Under the pieces are notes generated by a model. That model saw only the letters and a list, made by a program, of their open reading frames with translations, searched no databases and had not been told where the DNA came from. The position numbers and the translations under genes were made by a program. 64,000 nucleotides of DNA from assembly GCA_012295275.1 (NCBI GenBank), contig CM022678.1:16368001-16432000 (forward strand), read 5' to 3'. The stretch is from Chrysomallon squamiferum (Eukaryota; Animalia; Mollusca). Shown here one piece after another: positions 23,610-36,944 of this stretch. Numbering within the stretch: the stretch's first letter is position 1; every line of letters begins with the position of its first letter.

Positions 23610-26037
23610 TTTAATTTCCGATGACCCGCCCTATTCTGCTACAGGACCTCGAGCACTCGAGCATGAATATCCAAGTAGGTTTTAAAATAATTTCGAACTG
23701 GAGAACTATTCATTTTTTTTTATATACCTCCTGCAAGAAGAGAATAAATCTGAAGACGCTTGAAACTTGGCGAAGTCGCCATTAATAAAACGTTTATTAA
23801 AAGCTCGGGCAGGCAGAACTAAATCGTGAAATTATTGTTATTTGTTTTAACCTTTTATCGAACCAGAAAGCACATAATCAAACTTCGTTTATTTTTCTAG
23901 TATTTAGTGTCAAATAAAGAAAATTCACTTTTATCTTTTTGTTTTTTTCTCGAACATTCATTTTCTTTTCTTTTTTTCTTAACTTTCTTACTTCCCTGTT
24001 TTTATAGAAATTTATCTGCTATGAAATTAGTTGTTTTCATTTATTTTATCTACGTTCGTCTTCATGATTTCGTAATTTACATATTTTGTCATTGATACCT
24101 CTATCGACAAAAGAATTTGTAAACACAATGTAGTGAATATCTTTAGCTTCAGATGTAATTGTTTAAACACAAAATTAATAATAATAATAATAATAATACA
24201 TTTTTAGTTACTTCAGACTTGCGACCATCCAGTCCTCGTGTTCCAGTAGACAACACATCAGATAAACCAAACCCACCCCGACCAGAAGACCCGTGTTTTG
24301 TTTCACCAGGTATCAAAGTTTTATGCTTCTGTGAGTTGACACGGACTATTTTATTTCTTCATGGGCAAATGCAATTTTCTGTGGAGCAAAGACATCGTAC
24401 TAATTATAAAAATAATTTAAATTATTGTTGTTGTTGTTCTTTCTTGTTGCTGTTTCTCCTTTGGGTTTTTACAGGTTTTTTGTTTTGATGTTTTTTGTTG
24501 GGTTTTTTGTTGTTGGTTTTTTTTTTGGTTGTTTTTTGTATTATTTTGTAAATGAATTCATTGTACTTCATCAACTTACTCTTCTTTTCTGTTCATTTTT
24601 GAAATTAGTTCTTTTCATCTACTTCCGTCTTCATTATTTCGTAATTTACGCTTTTTGACATTGTTATATCTATCGACAAAACAATTTTTAAACTAAACGT
24701 AGCGAATGCCTTTAGATTAAAATATATTCCTTTGTCTTGTGTGAAAAGCATATTTATTACAATTGTGATAGAATTTTTTTTAGTATAAGCAATAAACATA
24801 ATGAAACATTCATTACACGTTAAAGAACAAACAAACTTAGCTAAATACACACTTGTGTAACTTGTCAATGTGATAATTAACAGAACGATACAGTTTATAA
24901 TCTGGTAATATCACAAGAGAAAATTTTGTATGTTAAGTATAAACAAAAATATAAATAAACACAAAATTAATAATAATAATAGCACATGTTTAATTTCAGA
25001 TATTGAATGCAAAATGGCAGATGAAGAAGGTAAGTATGAATCTATCATAGGTAGGTTTTAAAGTAATTTCGATCTGGATAAATATTCATTTCTCATCTAC
25101 GTAACAAACGTAAACTGAAGACACTTGAAACTTGGTGAAGTCGCTATTAATAAAACCTCTATTAAATGCTCGGGCAGGCAGAACTAAATCGTGAAATTCT
25201 AGGTTATGGTTTTAAGTAATTTTTTATCGAACCAGAAAGCACATAATCAAAATTCATTTATTTTTCTAGTTTTAGTGTCAAATAAAGAAAATTCACTTTT
25301 ATCTTTTTGTTTTTTTCTCGAACATTCTTTATCTTTCCATTTTCTTTCGTAAATTTATTACTTCCCTGTTTTTACAAAAATGTATCTGATATGAAATTAG
25401 TTGTTTTCCTTGATTTTATCTACGTCCGTCTTCATGATTTCGTAAATTACACATTTTCTCATTGGTATATCCATCGACAAAATAATTTGTAAATAAAAGT
25501 AAGTGAATTCCTTTAGCTTAAGATGTAACTGTTTAAACACAAAATTAATAATAATAATAATAATAATAATAATGATACATTTTTAGTTACTTCAGACTTG
25601 CGACCATCCAGTCCTCTTGTTGCAGTAGAGAACACATCAAATAAACGAAACCCACCCCGACCAGAAGACCTGCGTGTTGTTTCACCAGGTATCTAAGTTT
25701 TATTGCTTCTGTGAGTTGACACAGACTATTTTATTTCTTCATAGGCATATTAGCGTAAATGCAATTTTCTGTGCAGCAAAGGCATTGTACTAATTATATA
25801 AATAAGTATGTCATATAAACTAGTTTTATTTCCAGTTCATCAGCTTTCTTTTCTTTTCGATTCATTTTCAATTTACTTTTCACTTATTTTATCTACTTCC
25901 GAAATTTTGTAATTTACTCTTTTTGATATTTTTCTATCTACCGTAAAGTGATTTATAAACTAAACTTCGTGAATGCCTTTAGATTAAAATATATTCGTTT
26001 ATCCTCTGTGAAAAGCATAATTATTACAATTGTAATA

Positions 26038-26068
<31 letters not shown>

Positions 26069-27101
26069 CCATTATGAAGTTCTCATTACACTTTAAAAAA
26101 GAAACCAGCTTAGTTAATTAAATATTAGTTAATATTTGTCAACTTGATAATTAATATACAATTTATAATCCGGTACTCTCATAGAAAAGGTTTAGTTTAT
26201 TAAGTATAAACAATAAAGATGAATAAGTATTACTTAGAACCTGTCATCTTACAGTTAACAGAAACAGACGTTTCATAAGGAAAAATGTAGTTATAAAAAG
26301 ACACATTAATAAACATAAAATTAAGAATAATAATTACAATAAATACTACAGGACCAGTTTCCAGACGATCAGGCAAGCATAAACGTAAACGTAGGTTTTG
26401 AAATAATTTTGATCTGGAGAAATATTTACTGTTTATGTACATCCTGCAGGAAGAGAGGTAGTCTGAAGAGATTTGAAACTCGGCGAAGTCGCCATTAATA
26501 AAACTTTTACTAAAAGCCCGGGCAGGCAGAACTAAATCGTGAAATTATTGCTTTTGGTTTTAAGTAATTTTTATCCACCAAAAAGCACATAAATAAAAAT
26601 TCATTTATTTTTCTACTATTAGTTTCAAATAAAGAAAATTCATTTTTATCTTTTTGTTTTTTTCTCGAACGTTCTCTTTTTTTTCCTTTTTTCTTAACTG
26701 GTTTACTTTCTTGCTTTTATATGAAATTGGTTGTTTTCATGAATTTTATCTACTTCGGTCTTCATGATTTCGTAATTTACACATTTTATCATTGATACAT
26801 GTATCGACAAAAGAGTTTGAAAACGTCCTAAATTTTTTACGTCCTTGTATTTTTAAAAAAGCTGTCTCCTATGAAAAATGTAACTGTCACTATTTCAGAG
26901 AGCAAAAGTTAGCATAAACCATAAATATAATGAAAGATTCTTTACACTTTCATTCAATAAAAAACCAACTTAGATAAATAAACATTAGTCAAAACTCGTC
27001 AACGTGACATTTAACAGAAACAGACAATTTATAACCCGGTACTGTCATAAGGAAAAATATTGTGATATTAAGTATAAACAATAAACACAAATAAACACAA
27101 A

Positions 27102-27134
<33 letters not shown>

Positions 27135-30100
27135 CGTTTAATTTCAGGTGACCCGCCTTATTCTGCTACAGGACCAGTTTCCCGACGATCACGCAAGCCC
27201 AAACGTAAAGGTAGGTTTTAAAATAATTTTCATCTGGAGAAATATCAAATTTTTTTTATATACGTCCTGCCGGAAGAGAGGTAGTCTGAAGATACTTGAA
27301 ACTCGGCGAAGTCGCCATTAATAAAACATTTATTAAAAGCTCGGGCAGGTAGAACTAAATCGTGAAATTATAGTTTATGGTTTTAAGTAATTTTTATCTA
27401 ACCAGAAAGCACATAAATTAAAATTCATATATTTTTCTAGTATTTAGTGTCAAATAAGAAAAATTCATTAGTACTAGGCATCGTACTAATTATACAAATA
27501 AATATGTTATTTAAATTAGTTTTATTTCCAGTTCATCAGTTTTCTTTTCTTTTCGATTCATTTTTGATTTAGTTTTCATTTATTTCATCTATTTCTGTCT
27601 TCATTATTTTGTAATCTACGCTTTTTGATATTGTTATATCTATCGTAAAATGATTTTTAAACTAAACATAGTGAATGCCTTTAGATTAAAATATATTCGT
27701 TTATCCTGCGTGAAAAGCATAGTTATTATAATTGTAATAAGTTTGTATAAACAATAAACATAACGAAGTACTCATTACACTTTAAACAAGAAACCAGCTT
27801 AGTAAATTAATTATTAGTTAAAATCCGTCAACGTGATAATTAATAAACAATTTATAATCCGGTAGCTTAGTAAATTAATTATTAGTTAAAATCCGTCAAC
27901 GTGATAATTAATATACAATTTATAATCCGGTACTGTCATAGAAAATATTTAGTTTATTAAGTATAAAAACAAACATGATTAAATATTGCTTAGAGCCTGT
28001 CATCTTACAGTTAACAGAAACAGACAATGCCTAAAGAAATTTTTTATTAAAAGCTTGGGCAGGCAGAACTATATCGTGAAATTATTGTTTTTGGTTTTAA
28101 GTAATTTTTATCCAACCAGAAAGCCCGTAATCAAAATGCATTTATTTTTCTAGTATTTTGTGTCCAAAAAGAGAAGAAAATTCACTTTTATCTTCTCGTT
28201 TAGTTACGAACGTTATTTTCCCCTTAATATTTGACCTCCTTGTTTTTATAAAAAGGTATGTGCTATCAGAGTTTTGTGCTCCTGTGTTTTGACGCAGCCT
28301 ATCGTATTTCTTCATGGGCCAGATTAGCGCAAATGCAATTTTCTGTGGAGCAAAGGCATCGTATTAATTACAAAAATAATTTAAAGTATTATTACTATTA
28401 TTATTATTGTTATTGTTGTTGTTGTTGTTGTTGTTGTTTTTCCTTTGATTTTTTGGTTTTTTATTTATTTATTTTTTTTATTTTTTTTTTTGGTTATTTT
28501 TTGTATGTTTTTGCAAATGAATTTATTGTAGTTCATGAACTTACTCTTCTTTTCAGTTCATTTTTGAAATTAGTTGTTTTCATTTACTTCCGTCTTCATT
28601 ATTTCGTAATTTAAACTTTTTGATATTGTTTTATCTATGGACAAAATAATGTTTAAACTAAACGTAGTGATTGCCTTTACATTAAAATGTATTCCTTTAT
28701 CCTGTGTGAAAAGCATAGTTATTACAATTGTGATACAAAATTTAGTATAAGCAATAAACATAATGAAACACTCATTACAAGTTAAAGAACAAACCAACTT
28801 AGATAAATAAACATTTGTGAAAACTTGTCAGTGTGATAATTAAGAGAACGATACAGTTTATAATCTGGTAATATTACAAGAAACTTTGTTGTCTATTAAG
28901 TCTAAACAAAAATATAAATAAACACAAAATTAACAATAATAATACCACATGTCTAATTTCAGATATTGAATGGAAAATTGCCGATGAACAAAGTAAGTAT
29001 CAATCTGTAATAGGTAGGTTTAAAGTAATTTCGATCTGGATAAATATTCATTTTTATCTACGTAAGATATGTAAACTGAAGACACTTGAAACTTGGTGAA
29101 GTCGCTATTAATAAAACTTTATTAAATGCCCTGGCAGGCAGAACTAAATCGTGAAATTATTGTTTTTGATTTTAAGTAATTTTTATCCAACCAGAAAGCA
29201 CATAATCAAAATGCATTTATTTTTCTAGTATTTAGTGTCAAATAAGGAAAATTCACTTTTATTTTCTTGTTTATTTCGGGAACGTTATTTTTTCCCCTTA
29301 ATATTTTACCTCCTTGTTTTTATAAAAGGTATGTGCTATCAGAGTTTTATGCTTCTGTGAGCTGACACAGACTATTGTATTTCTTCATGGGCCAGATTAG
29401 CGCAAATACAATTTTCTGTGTAGCAAAGGCATCGTACTAATTACATAAATAAATACGTCATTTGAATTAGTTTTATTTCCAGTTCATCAGCTTTCTTTTC
29501 TTCTCGATTCATTCTTAATTTAGTTGTTTTCAGTGATTTTATCTACTTCGGTCTTCATCATTTTGTAGTTTCGCTTTTTGATATTATTATATCTATCGTA
29601 AAATGATGTTTAAACCAAACGTAGTGAATGCCTTTACATTAATATATATTCGTTTATCCTGCATTAAAAGCATAGTTATTACAATTGTAATAAGTTTGCA
29701 TAAACAATAAACATAATGAAGTACTCATATTACTTTAAACAAGAAACCAGCTTAGTTAATTAAATATTAGTTAAAATCCGTCAACGTGAAAATTCGGTAC
29801 AGTCATAGAAAAAAATTAGTTTATTAAGTATAAACAATAAACATGAATAAATATTACTTAGAACCTGTCATCTTGACAGTTAACAGAAGCAGACAATACC
29901 TAAGAAAAATGTTGTATTATGTATTATTATGTATAAAAAGACACATTAATAAACATAAAATTAAGAATAATAATTATAATAAATTCTGCAGGATCAGTTT
30001 CCCGACGATCAGGCAAGTATAAACGTAAACGTAGGTTTTGAAATAATTTTGATCTGGAGAAATATTCACTGTTTATCTAAGTCCTGCAGGAAGAGAGGTA

Positions 30101-30394
30101 GTCTGAAGAGATTTGAAACTCGGCGAAGTCGCCATTAATAACTTTTATTAAAATCTCGGGCAGGCAGAACTATATCGTGAAATTATTGTTTTTGGTTTTA
30201 AGTAATTTTTATCGAACCAGAAAGCACATAATCAAAATCCATTTATTTTTCTAGTATTTAGTGTCAAAAAAAAAAGAGAATAAAGTTCACTTTTATCTTC
30301 TTAATTTCGACATGGATATATCTACTGACAAAATAATTTGTAAACAAAACGTAGTGAATGCCTTTAGCTTAGGATGTAATCATTTAAACACAAA

Positions 30395-30428
<34 letters not shown>

Positions 30429-30597
30429 TAACAATAATAATACATTTTTAGTTGGGTCGGGTTTGCGACCATTCAGACCTCCTGCGGTTCCAGTAGTGAG
30501 CACATCAGATAACCCGAACCCACCCCGACCAGAAGACCCGGAGATTCCAGACCCGGAATATAAACTTGACAGTCTTCAGGATATAAACAACTTGTAG
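23065..30597 (+). CDS. Putative micro-exon gene A (Pro-rich and basic modules); first exon frameshifted, in-frame ATG at 25014
   Basis: Candidate exons 23065-23084, 23645-23674, 24208-24309, 25000-25029(or 25050), 25587-25688, 26352-26390, 27148-27210, 28963-28992(or 29013), 29992-30030, 30452-30597 (TAG). All internal exons are AG/GT-bounded, phase 1-1, multiples of 3 and stop-free. Confidence 0.6.
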
Positions 30598-30982
30598 ATG
30601 ATGATTTTATGACGTCATACGTTATAAAAGTATGTTCTGTCATAATAATTATATGTAAAGAGTTTGCTTGATTATTAAAATGTTGTTAAACAGTAAAGTG
30701 AATGACGTGGTAATGTTGTTATTGATTAATCAGTTTTAATATTAATAGTGGCAGTAAATTGTTTTTTTTAAAAATGAAATTGAATAAGAAATTGAAAAAC
30801 AAATTGAAATATGGTAATAGACTAATTTGTTAATGAATAAACTTTTGTATGATAATTTTTGAATGCTTCATTTACAACTTTGCGTTTCGTGCATTCGTGT
30901 TTGTGTGTGTATGTATGTGTGTCCGGGTGCGGTCTAATGTAATCCTAAAAGCTGAAAAAATGTAAAACACTTAAGCATGTTA

Positions 30983-32572
30983 GACCGTCTTGTTTCAGTC
31001 TGTATTTATCTGTGTCGTCTGATATAGAAAATAAATCATATTTGATTACCGCCGTTTTACCATCAGAGTCCTCAACATTTATCTCAATTTCAAATGGTCT
31101 CTCACGAGTCAGCAGGTGTATGTACTTGTTTCCTGGAATGGGAAAAACAGAACACAAATCAAATTGACTCAAATCAGCAGAATAAAATATAGGAAATAGC
31201 CAACCCACTAACACAGATTATTAGATTATAATGATTAAGACGATGATGATGATTATGATGACGATGGTGATGAGATAAGGAAAGAAGCACATGATTTAAA
31301 GGCAAATTCTCTTTATTGATGAGTGTATTGGCCCATCAGCTCAGATAATGACTGAAGTAACCCGCTTACTTCACTTTATGGGCTACTCCTTCCTACTTGC
31401 AGCAACATAACTTTACAGCTACCATGAGCACTGATTGGAACGAGAAGCAGCTCAGTGGGTCAGAAAAACGAGCTTGATCACATCCAGTGATTCTGAAAGG
31501 GTGTGGTTAGACATGGTTAGGTGTGCCCCACGAAATTCTAGGGTCAGAAAAACGAGATTGATCAGACAATACAGTGATTCTGAAAGGGTGTGGTTAGACA
31601 TGGTTAGGTGTGCCCCACGAAATTCTAGGGTCAGAAAAACGAGATTGATCAGACAATACAGTGATTCTGAAAGGGTGTGGTTAGACATGGTTAGGTGTGC
31701 CCCACGAAATTCTAGGGTCAGAAAAACAAGATTGATAAGACAATACAGTGATTCTGAAAGGGTGTGGTTAGACAAGGTTAGGTGTGCCCCACGAAATTCT
31801 AGGGTCAGAAAAACGAGATTGATCAGTCAATACAGTGATTCTGAAAGGGTGTGGTTAGACATGGTTAGGTGTGCCCCACGAAATTCTAGGTTCAGAAAAA
31901 CGAGATTGATCAGACAATACAGTGATTCTGAAAGGGTGTGGTTAGTCATGGTTAGGTGTGCCCCACGAAATTCTAGGGTCAGAAAAACGAGATTGATCAG
32001 ACAATACAGTGATTCTGAAAGGGTGTGGTTAGACATGGTTAGGTGTGCCCCACGAAATCCTAGGGTCAGAAAAACGAGATTGATCAGACAATACAGTGAT
32101 TCTGAAAGGGTGTGGTTAGACATGGTTAGGTGTGCCCCACGAAATTCTAGGTTCACAAAAACGAGATTGATCAGACAATACAGTGATTCTGAAAGGGTGT
32201 GGTTAGACATGGTTAGGTGTGCCCCACGAAATTCTAGGGTCAGAAAAACGAGATTGATAAGAGAATCCAACGCTCCAAAAACAACCCGTAAACTGCATTC
32301 CCGTTCCATGATAATAACAGTAATAAAATAATCATAACGATAATGATATTGATAATGATAAAGATATCGATAACGATAATGATTAAGATATCGATAATGA
32401 TAATGATAATGATACTTATAATGATATTAGTAATGATAATTCACAGGCAGAAAAGTGTATGCACAAATTCATATTAATTAATTGTACTTACTACCTCACC
32501 TAACCAAAATTCATTTGTCAGATTTCCAAAACCATTTTCATACTCTGACCAAGTTCTATCAAAATCTTCAAA
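30983..32572 (-). pseudogene. Fibrinogen-related domain (FReD) gene fragment, two exons
   Basis: About 32572-32500 DFDRTWSEYENGFGNLTNEFWLG|GTGAGG; 31132-about 30983 CCAG|GNKYIHLLTRERPFEIEINVEDSDGKTAVIKYDLFSISDDTDKYRL. No flanking exons recognised. Confidence 0.8.
31458..32262. repeat. 87-bp tandem repeat, about 9.2 near-identical copies
   Basis: Unit GGTCAGAAAAACGAGATTGATCAGACAATACAGTGATTCTGAAAGGGTGTGGTTAGACATGGTTAGGTGTGCCCCACGAAATTCTAG; lies in the FReD intron. Confidence 0.95.
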
Positions 32573-33018
32573 ATCGGAAAGAAATATTAGGAAATAGTAT
32601 AAATATTTACAAAAACAGTTAAAACACATATTTTCTTTTTTAATCTATTTACACACAACACACGCACGGACAAATACATATACATACATATATACATACT
32701 TACACAAATACATATAAAATTAAAAAAATAATAACTAAACTACTTCATGAAAGATCACTAACCACTGAGTATGACCTATCTAAATAAAGAAAGATATTTT
32801 CAATAAAGAGAGATATTTTCACCACATCAAAGGAAAAAAGAAACATTTTACTTAACATTTATGATGGAAAGAAGTATGATGGTACTTTTCAAATAGTCTT
32901 TTAAACTTCACATCAAAAGAAAAACGATTTTAATTACAATAAAAGATGTCATAAATACCTGCAGCTAAGAATAAGAACATGAACTTATTTACATTTATTA
33001 TGTTCATTTAAAAAAATG

Positions 33019-33049
<31 letters not shown>

Positions 33050-36000
33050 CGTCAGTATGGTCTGAAAGTAGGTACCTATAGTAGGTATAGTTTTGTTTTT
33101 AATTATTAATTTAATTGGCCATTCCAATTGATCCGTCAATCAGCCGATCCATCCATAGATCCATCAGCTGTTCAACCAATCAATCTGTAAGTCAGTAGAT
33201 TCATACAATTGCTGTTTGTTTTTGTGTCATAAAAAAAAAGGAAAAAAAAAGAGTCTAAAGTTTGTGTTTTGTGTTCAGAATGTGTGTTGTTACTGCAGCG
33301 AGGACTAACTCTGTGTCTTTCGTGTTTGGTGCCAAGATGTGTTGGAGCGTGAACTCGATTTTTAGCTCCTCCAGTGTATTGCGTAGTGCTTGTCTTTCCT
33401 TGGCGAAATTTTGACAGTGAAACAAGAAGTGTTTCATGGTTTTGGAGAGTCCACAGCTGCAGTTGGGTGATGTAGTGTTGTGATATTTGTATCGGATTGC
33501 ATTTAAGTTGGTCGAGTAACCAATTCTGGCTTTGGTGAGTTTGTTGTTGTGCAGTTTGTTGGCGAGTGTGATTTTGGGTGTTTTGGTGAGTGGTTTGATG
33601 TTCAAGTGCCATTTGTTTTTGGTGTTGTTCCATTCGTTTTGCCATTGTTTGTCGTAATGTTTGGCTGCGATGGAGACAATTTCGTTTACTCCGTAGTGTA
33701 TGTCTGTGCAGATGCCTTCCTCTTCAATGCTGAGTGACTCTTTGGCGTAATGGTCGGCAAGTTCGTTGCCGATGATGCCGACGTGTGCTCGGAGCCACTC
33801 GATTATTAATTGTTTCTTGTTGTGTTGTATGTCCTCGTGTAGTTGTTGTATTCTGCTGAGTAGGGCTGGTCTGCTGGAATGTCCAGATTGTATTGCGATG
33901 ACGGAACTTAGACTGTCCGAGAATATGACTTTGTGTTTGTTGTTGTTGTTTTTCACCCACAGCATGGCTCTGATGATGGCGACCAATTCGGCCGTGTATA
34001 CCGAAAGGTGATTTCTGATACGGCTGAATTGTATGCATGTGGGTTTGCTTGTGTGATCTTCGGCTATGAAGGCGAATCCTACTCTCCCGTTGTCTGGGTT
34101 TTTGGATCCGCCGGTGTAGATGTGCGTGTGTTGCTTGTAATGGTCGTTTGCTGCTGCTAGAAATATGGCTTTTTTGAAGGTTGTATTTCAGTCGCTGCAG
34201 CTTTCTTCTGTATTTTAGTGGTTGGATGCTGTATTCTGACAGGAGGTTGTTGGATGGTGTGTTTGGCAGGTGGCTGATCACTCTGAGGGCGCTGGATGTA
34301 ATTACGTCTAGTTTTTTTAAAGACTGTTCGGGAGCATTCGAGTAAGCCGTGGCTCCGTAGTCGAGACTAGAGAGAATACGCGCTTTGTGTATCAAAATTA
34401 GCGTTGACTCGTTTGCTCCCCAACTGGTTCCAGAACTTAGCTTTAGAAGATTGAGTGTTTTTTGCAGGATGTAATTATGTTGTGTATATGGCATAGGTAG
34501 TTGAGTTGAATGTTTTGGATTGTGTTATGATGTTGTTGTCGATGTTTAGTGTGATTTTGTTGTTGTCTGTTGTTTTTTTTGTTGAAAAGGAGGCATGTCG
34601 TTTTCGAAAGAGAAATCTTTATGCCCCATTTCAATGCCCAGTCGTTTATGTTAAGTCTTTTTGTATTTCTTTCTGTATTGCTGCGGTCCATCTGCCTGCA
34701 CACCAAAAGGCGCAGTCGCCAGCAAAGAGTGCTGTGTTTATTGGTTCGGTTGGTGGATTTTAGGCGTTGTCTTGTTTGTCGAGTGCTGTGACGATGTCGT
34801 TGATGTAGATGTTGAAGAGTGTTGGCGAGATCACGGATCTTTGTGGGATTGCGTTTTCGATTGTCGTTTTCTCTGAGGTGTGACCGTTTACTTTGATTGC
34901 TGTGGTTCTGTTGTTAATGAAGTCTTTGATGAAGTTGAACATGTTGCTTTTGATGTTGTTGTTGATTAATTTGGCGAGCAGTCCTTCCTTCCAAACCATG
35001 TCGAATGCTTTTTCAATGTCTAGGAATACTGCGATGGCTTTTTCTGATCTCCTAAAAGACTGGTTGACTGATGTTTGCAGACAGGTGATCTGGTCGTTTG
35101 TGCTTGTTTCTTCCTGAAGTCGTGTTGGTGAGTGATGTGCAGTAGGTGTCGATGTCGTTGAGGTTTTGTGTGGTGATATTTCTGCATGCTTTGAAAAAGC
35201 CTTCCCAGTCCGCTTTGTTGAAGTTCCATTTGGGTGTGAAAATGGACCTACCGAGAAGGTGTTCTTGCTGTTGTAGTTGTTGAGTATTGGGTGGTGGTCG
35301 CTGTTTAGTTCATTGAGCACTTGTCATTCGGAGAGCGCTGCGATGTCCTTACTTGTGAATGTCAGGTCAATGGCGGATTGGCCACCATTGATGTCGCTAG
35401 TGTATGTGAATGTTCCGTCGTTCAGACTGACCAGCTGGTTTTGCTCTAGGACAATTTCGAGGACGATTCCAGTGCTGTTGTCTATCGAGCCACCCCATAA
35501 GGTGTTGTGACAGTTGAAATCGCCCATTATAATGAGCTTGTTGTTTGTTGTTATCATTTTGTTTAAGTCGTGGGTTTGGATGGTGTGCAGTGCGGGAGTG
35601 GGTGGGCTGTATATGTTAATTATGTCGATGTTTTGATTGTTGTGTATTCTGATGCTTAATATTTCTATGTTGGCGTGAACTTTGGCTTGGTTCAGCTTGG
35701 TGAGTGGAATGTCTTGTTTGACGAGTGTCATGATGCCTCCCCGGGTGCTGTTGAATCTGTTAAAGGTTACTATGATACCCGGGGACCTGAAATGTTTTTG
35801 TTGTTTTGTTGTTTTGTTGTTTTTGTTGTAATGTCCTAGCCATGTTTCTTGTATGCATATTACGCCTGGTGTGTTTCTAGTGGAGGCCAGGAAGTGTGTG
35901 AGTTTGTCTCCGTGGCCTGCTGAGTGGAGGCGTTTAGCGTTCCACTGAAGAGTGGAGAGGTCTGTGTTATTAGTGTGCTTGTTGTGAAGAGTGGAGAGGC

Positions 36001-36940
36001 CTGTGTTATTGTGTGCTTCTTGTGAAGAGTGGAGAGGCCTGTGTTATTGTGAGTTTGTTGTGAAGAGTGGAGAGGTCTGTGTTATTGGTGTGCTTGTTGT
36101 AAAGAGTGGAGAGGTCTGTGTTATTGTGAGTTTGTTGTGAAGAGTGGAGAGGTCTGTGTTATTGTGAGTTTGTTGTGAAGAGTGGAGAGTCTGTGTTATT
36201 GTGTGATTGTTGTGAAGAGTGGAGAGGTCTGTGTTATTTTGTGCTTGTTGTGTAGAGTGGAGAGGCCTGTGTTACTGTGTGCTTGTTGTGAAGAGTAGAG
36301 AGGTCTGTGTTATTAGTGTGCTTGTTGTGTAGAGTGGAGAGGTCTGTTATTAGTGTGCTTGTTGTGTAGAGTGGTGAGGTCTGTGTTATTAGTGTGCTTG
36401 TCGTGAAGAGTGGAGAGGTCTGTGTTATTAGTGTGCTTGTTGTGTAGAGTGGTGAGGTCTGTGTTATTAGCGTGCTTGTTGTGAAGAGTGGAGAGGTCTG
36501 TGTTATTGTGTGCTTGTCGTGAAGAGTGTGTAAATGGTTGTTACTGTTTGTTTTGTTTTGTTTTGTTCTGTTTTTGTTTGTTTTTTTCACTGTTGTTTTG
36601 TGTTTGTGGGATTTCTCCTGTCTGTGTGTAGTTTAAGTCTTTTGTCGTCTGTGGGTAGCTTGAAGCCCAGCTGTCTTCAATTATTTGTATACTCCAACTT
36701 AGAGTCGTCATTGGTGTTTCCTTGGTTGTTTCTAAACAAACACTAATTACACAACAACAGCAGCCAAATGTTTTGAAGTTCTATGAGGAGTTCTGCCAGT
36801 GTGTATCTGTATCCATCAATGGTGATGGTTGTGTTTGTTAATTTGCTGCTAAACGTCAGGGTGGTGCAGTAGCTTGGATTTCATAGAAATCATACTCGTC
36901 TGCATCCGGGTAGTAAAAACCCAGATCTTTCGAGATGTAT
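33050..36940 (-). mobile_element. Decayed non-LTR retrotransposon with APE endonuclease, RT and RNase H (I-group)
   Basis: LSTLQWNA...ICIQETWL, IMGDFNCHNTLWG, SAIDLTF, SDHHPI (EN); FLDIEKAFDMVW, PQ.SVISPTLFNIYINDI, FAGD in place of FADD (RT); AELVAI, FSDSLS, HVGIIGNELAD (RNase H). Multiple frameshifts and an internal deletion. Confidence 0.92.
35946..36530. repeat. 33-36-bp minisatellite GTGAAGAGTGGAGAGGTCTGTGTTATT(A)GTGTGCTTGTT
   Basis: About 17 copies; the unit contains the first codons of the LINE endonuclease domain. Confidence 0.9.
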
Positions 36941-36944
36941 TTGT

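Noticed and set aside
30610-30617. CRE-like TGACGTCA after family stop codons (also 45464, 53087)
   Set aside because: Largely explained by duplication, not preserved in copy C, and located in 3' UTR; no functional evidence.
31435-32331. 298-aa ORF with 29-aa repeats; array superficially CRISPR-like
   Set aside because: The unit is 87 bp (multiple of 3), so open frames arise on both strands; there are no unique spacers or cas genes, and it lies in a eukaryotic intron.
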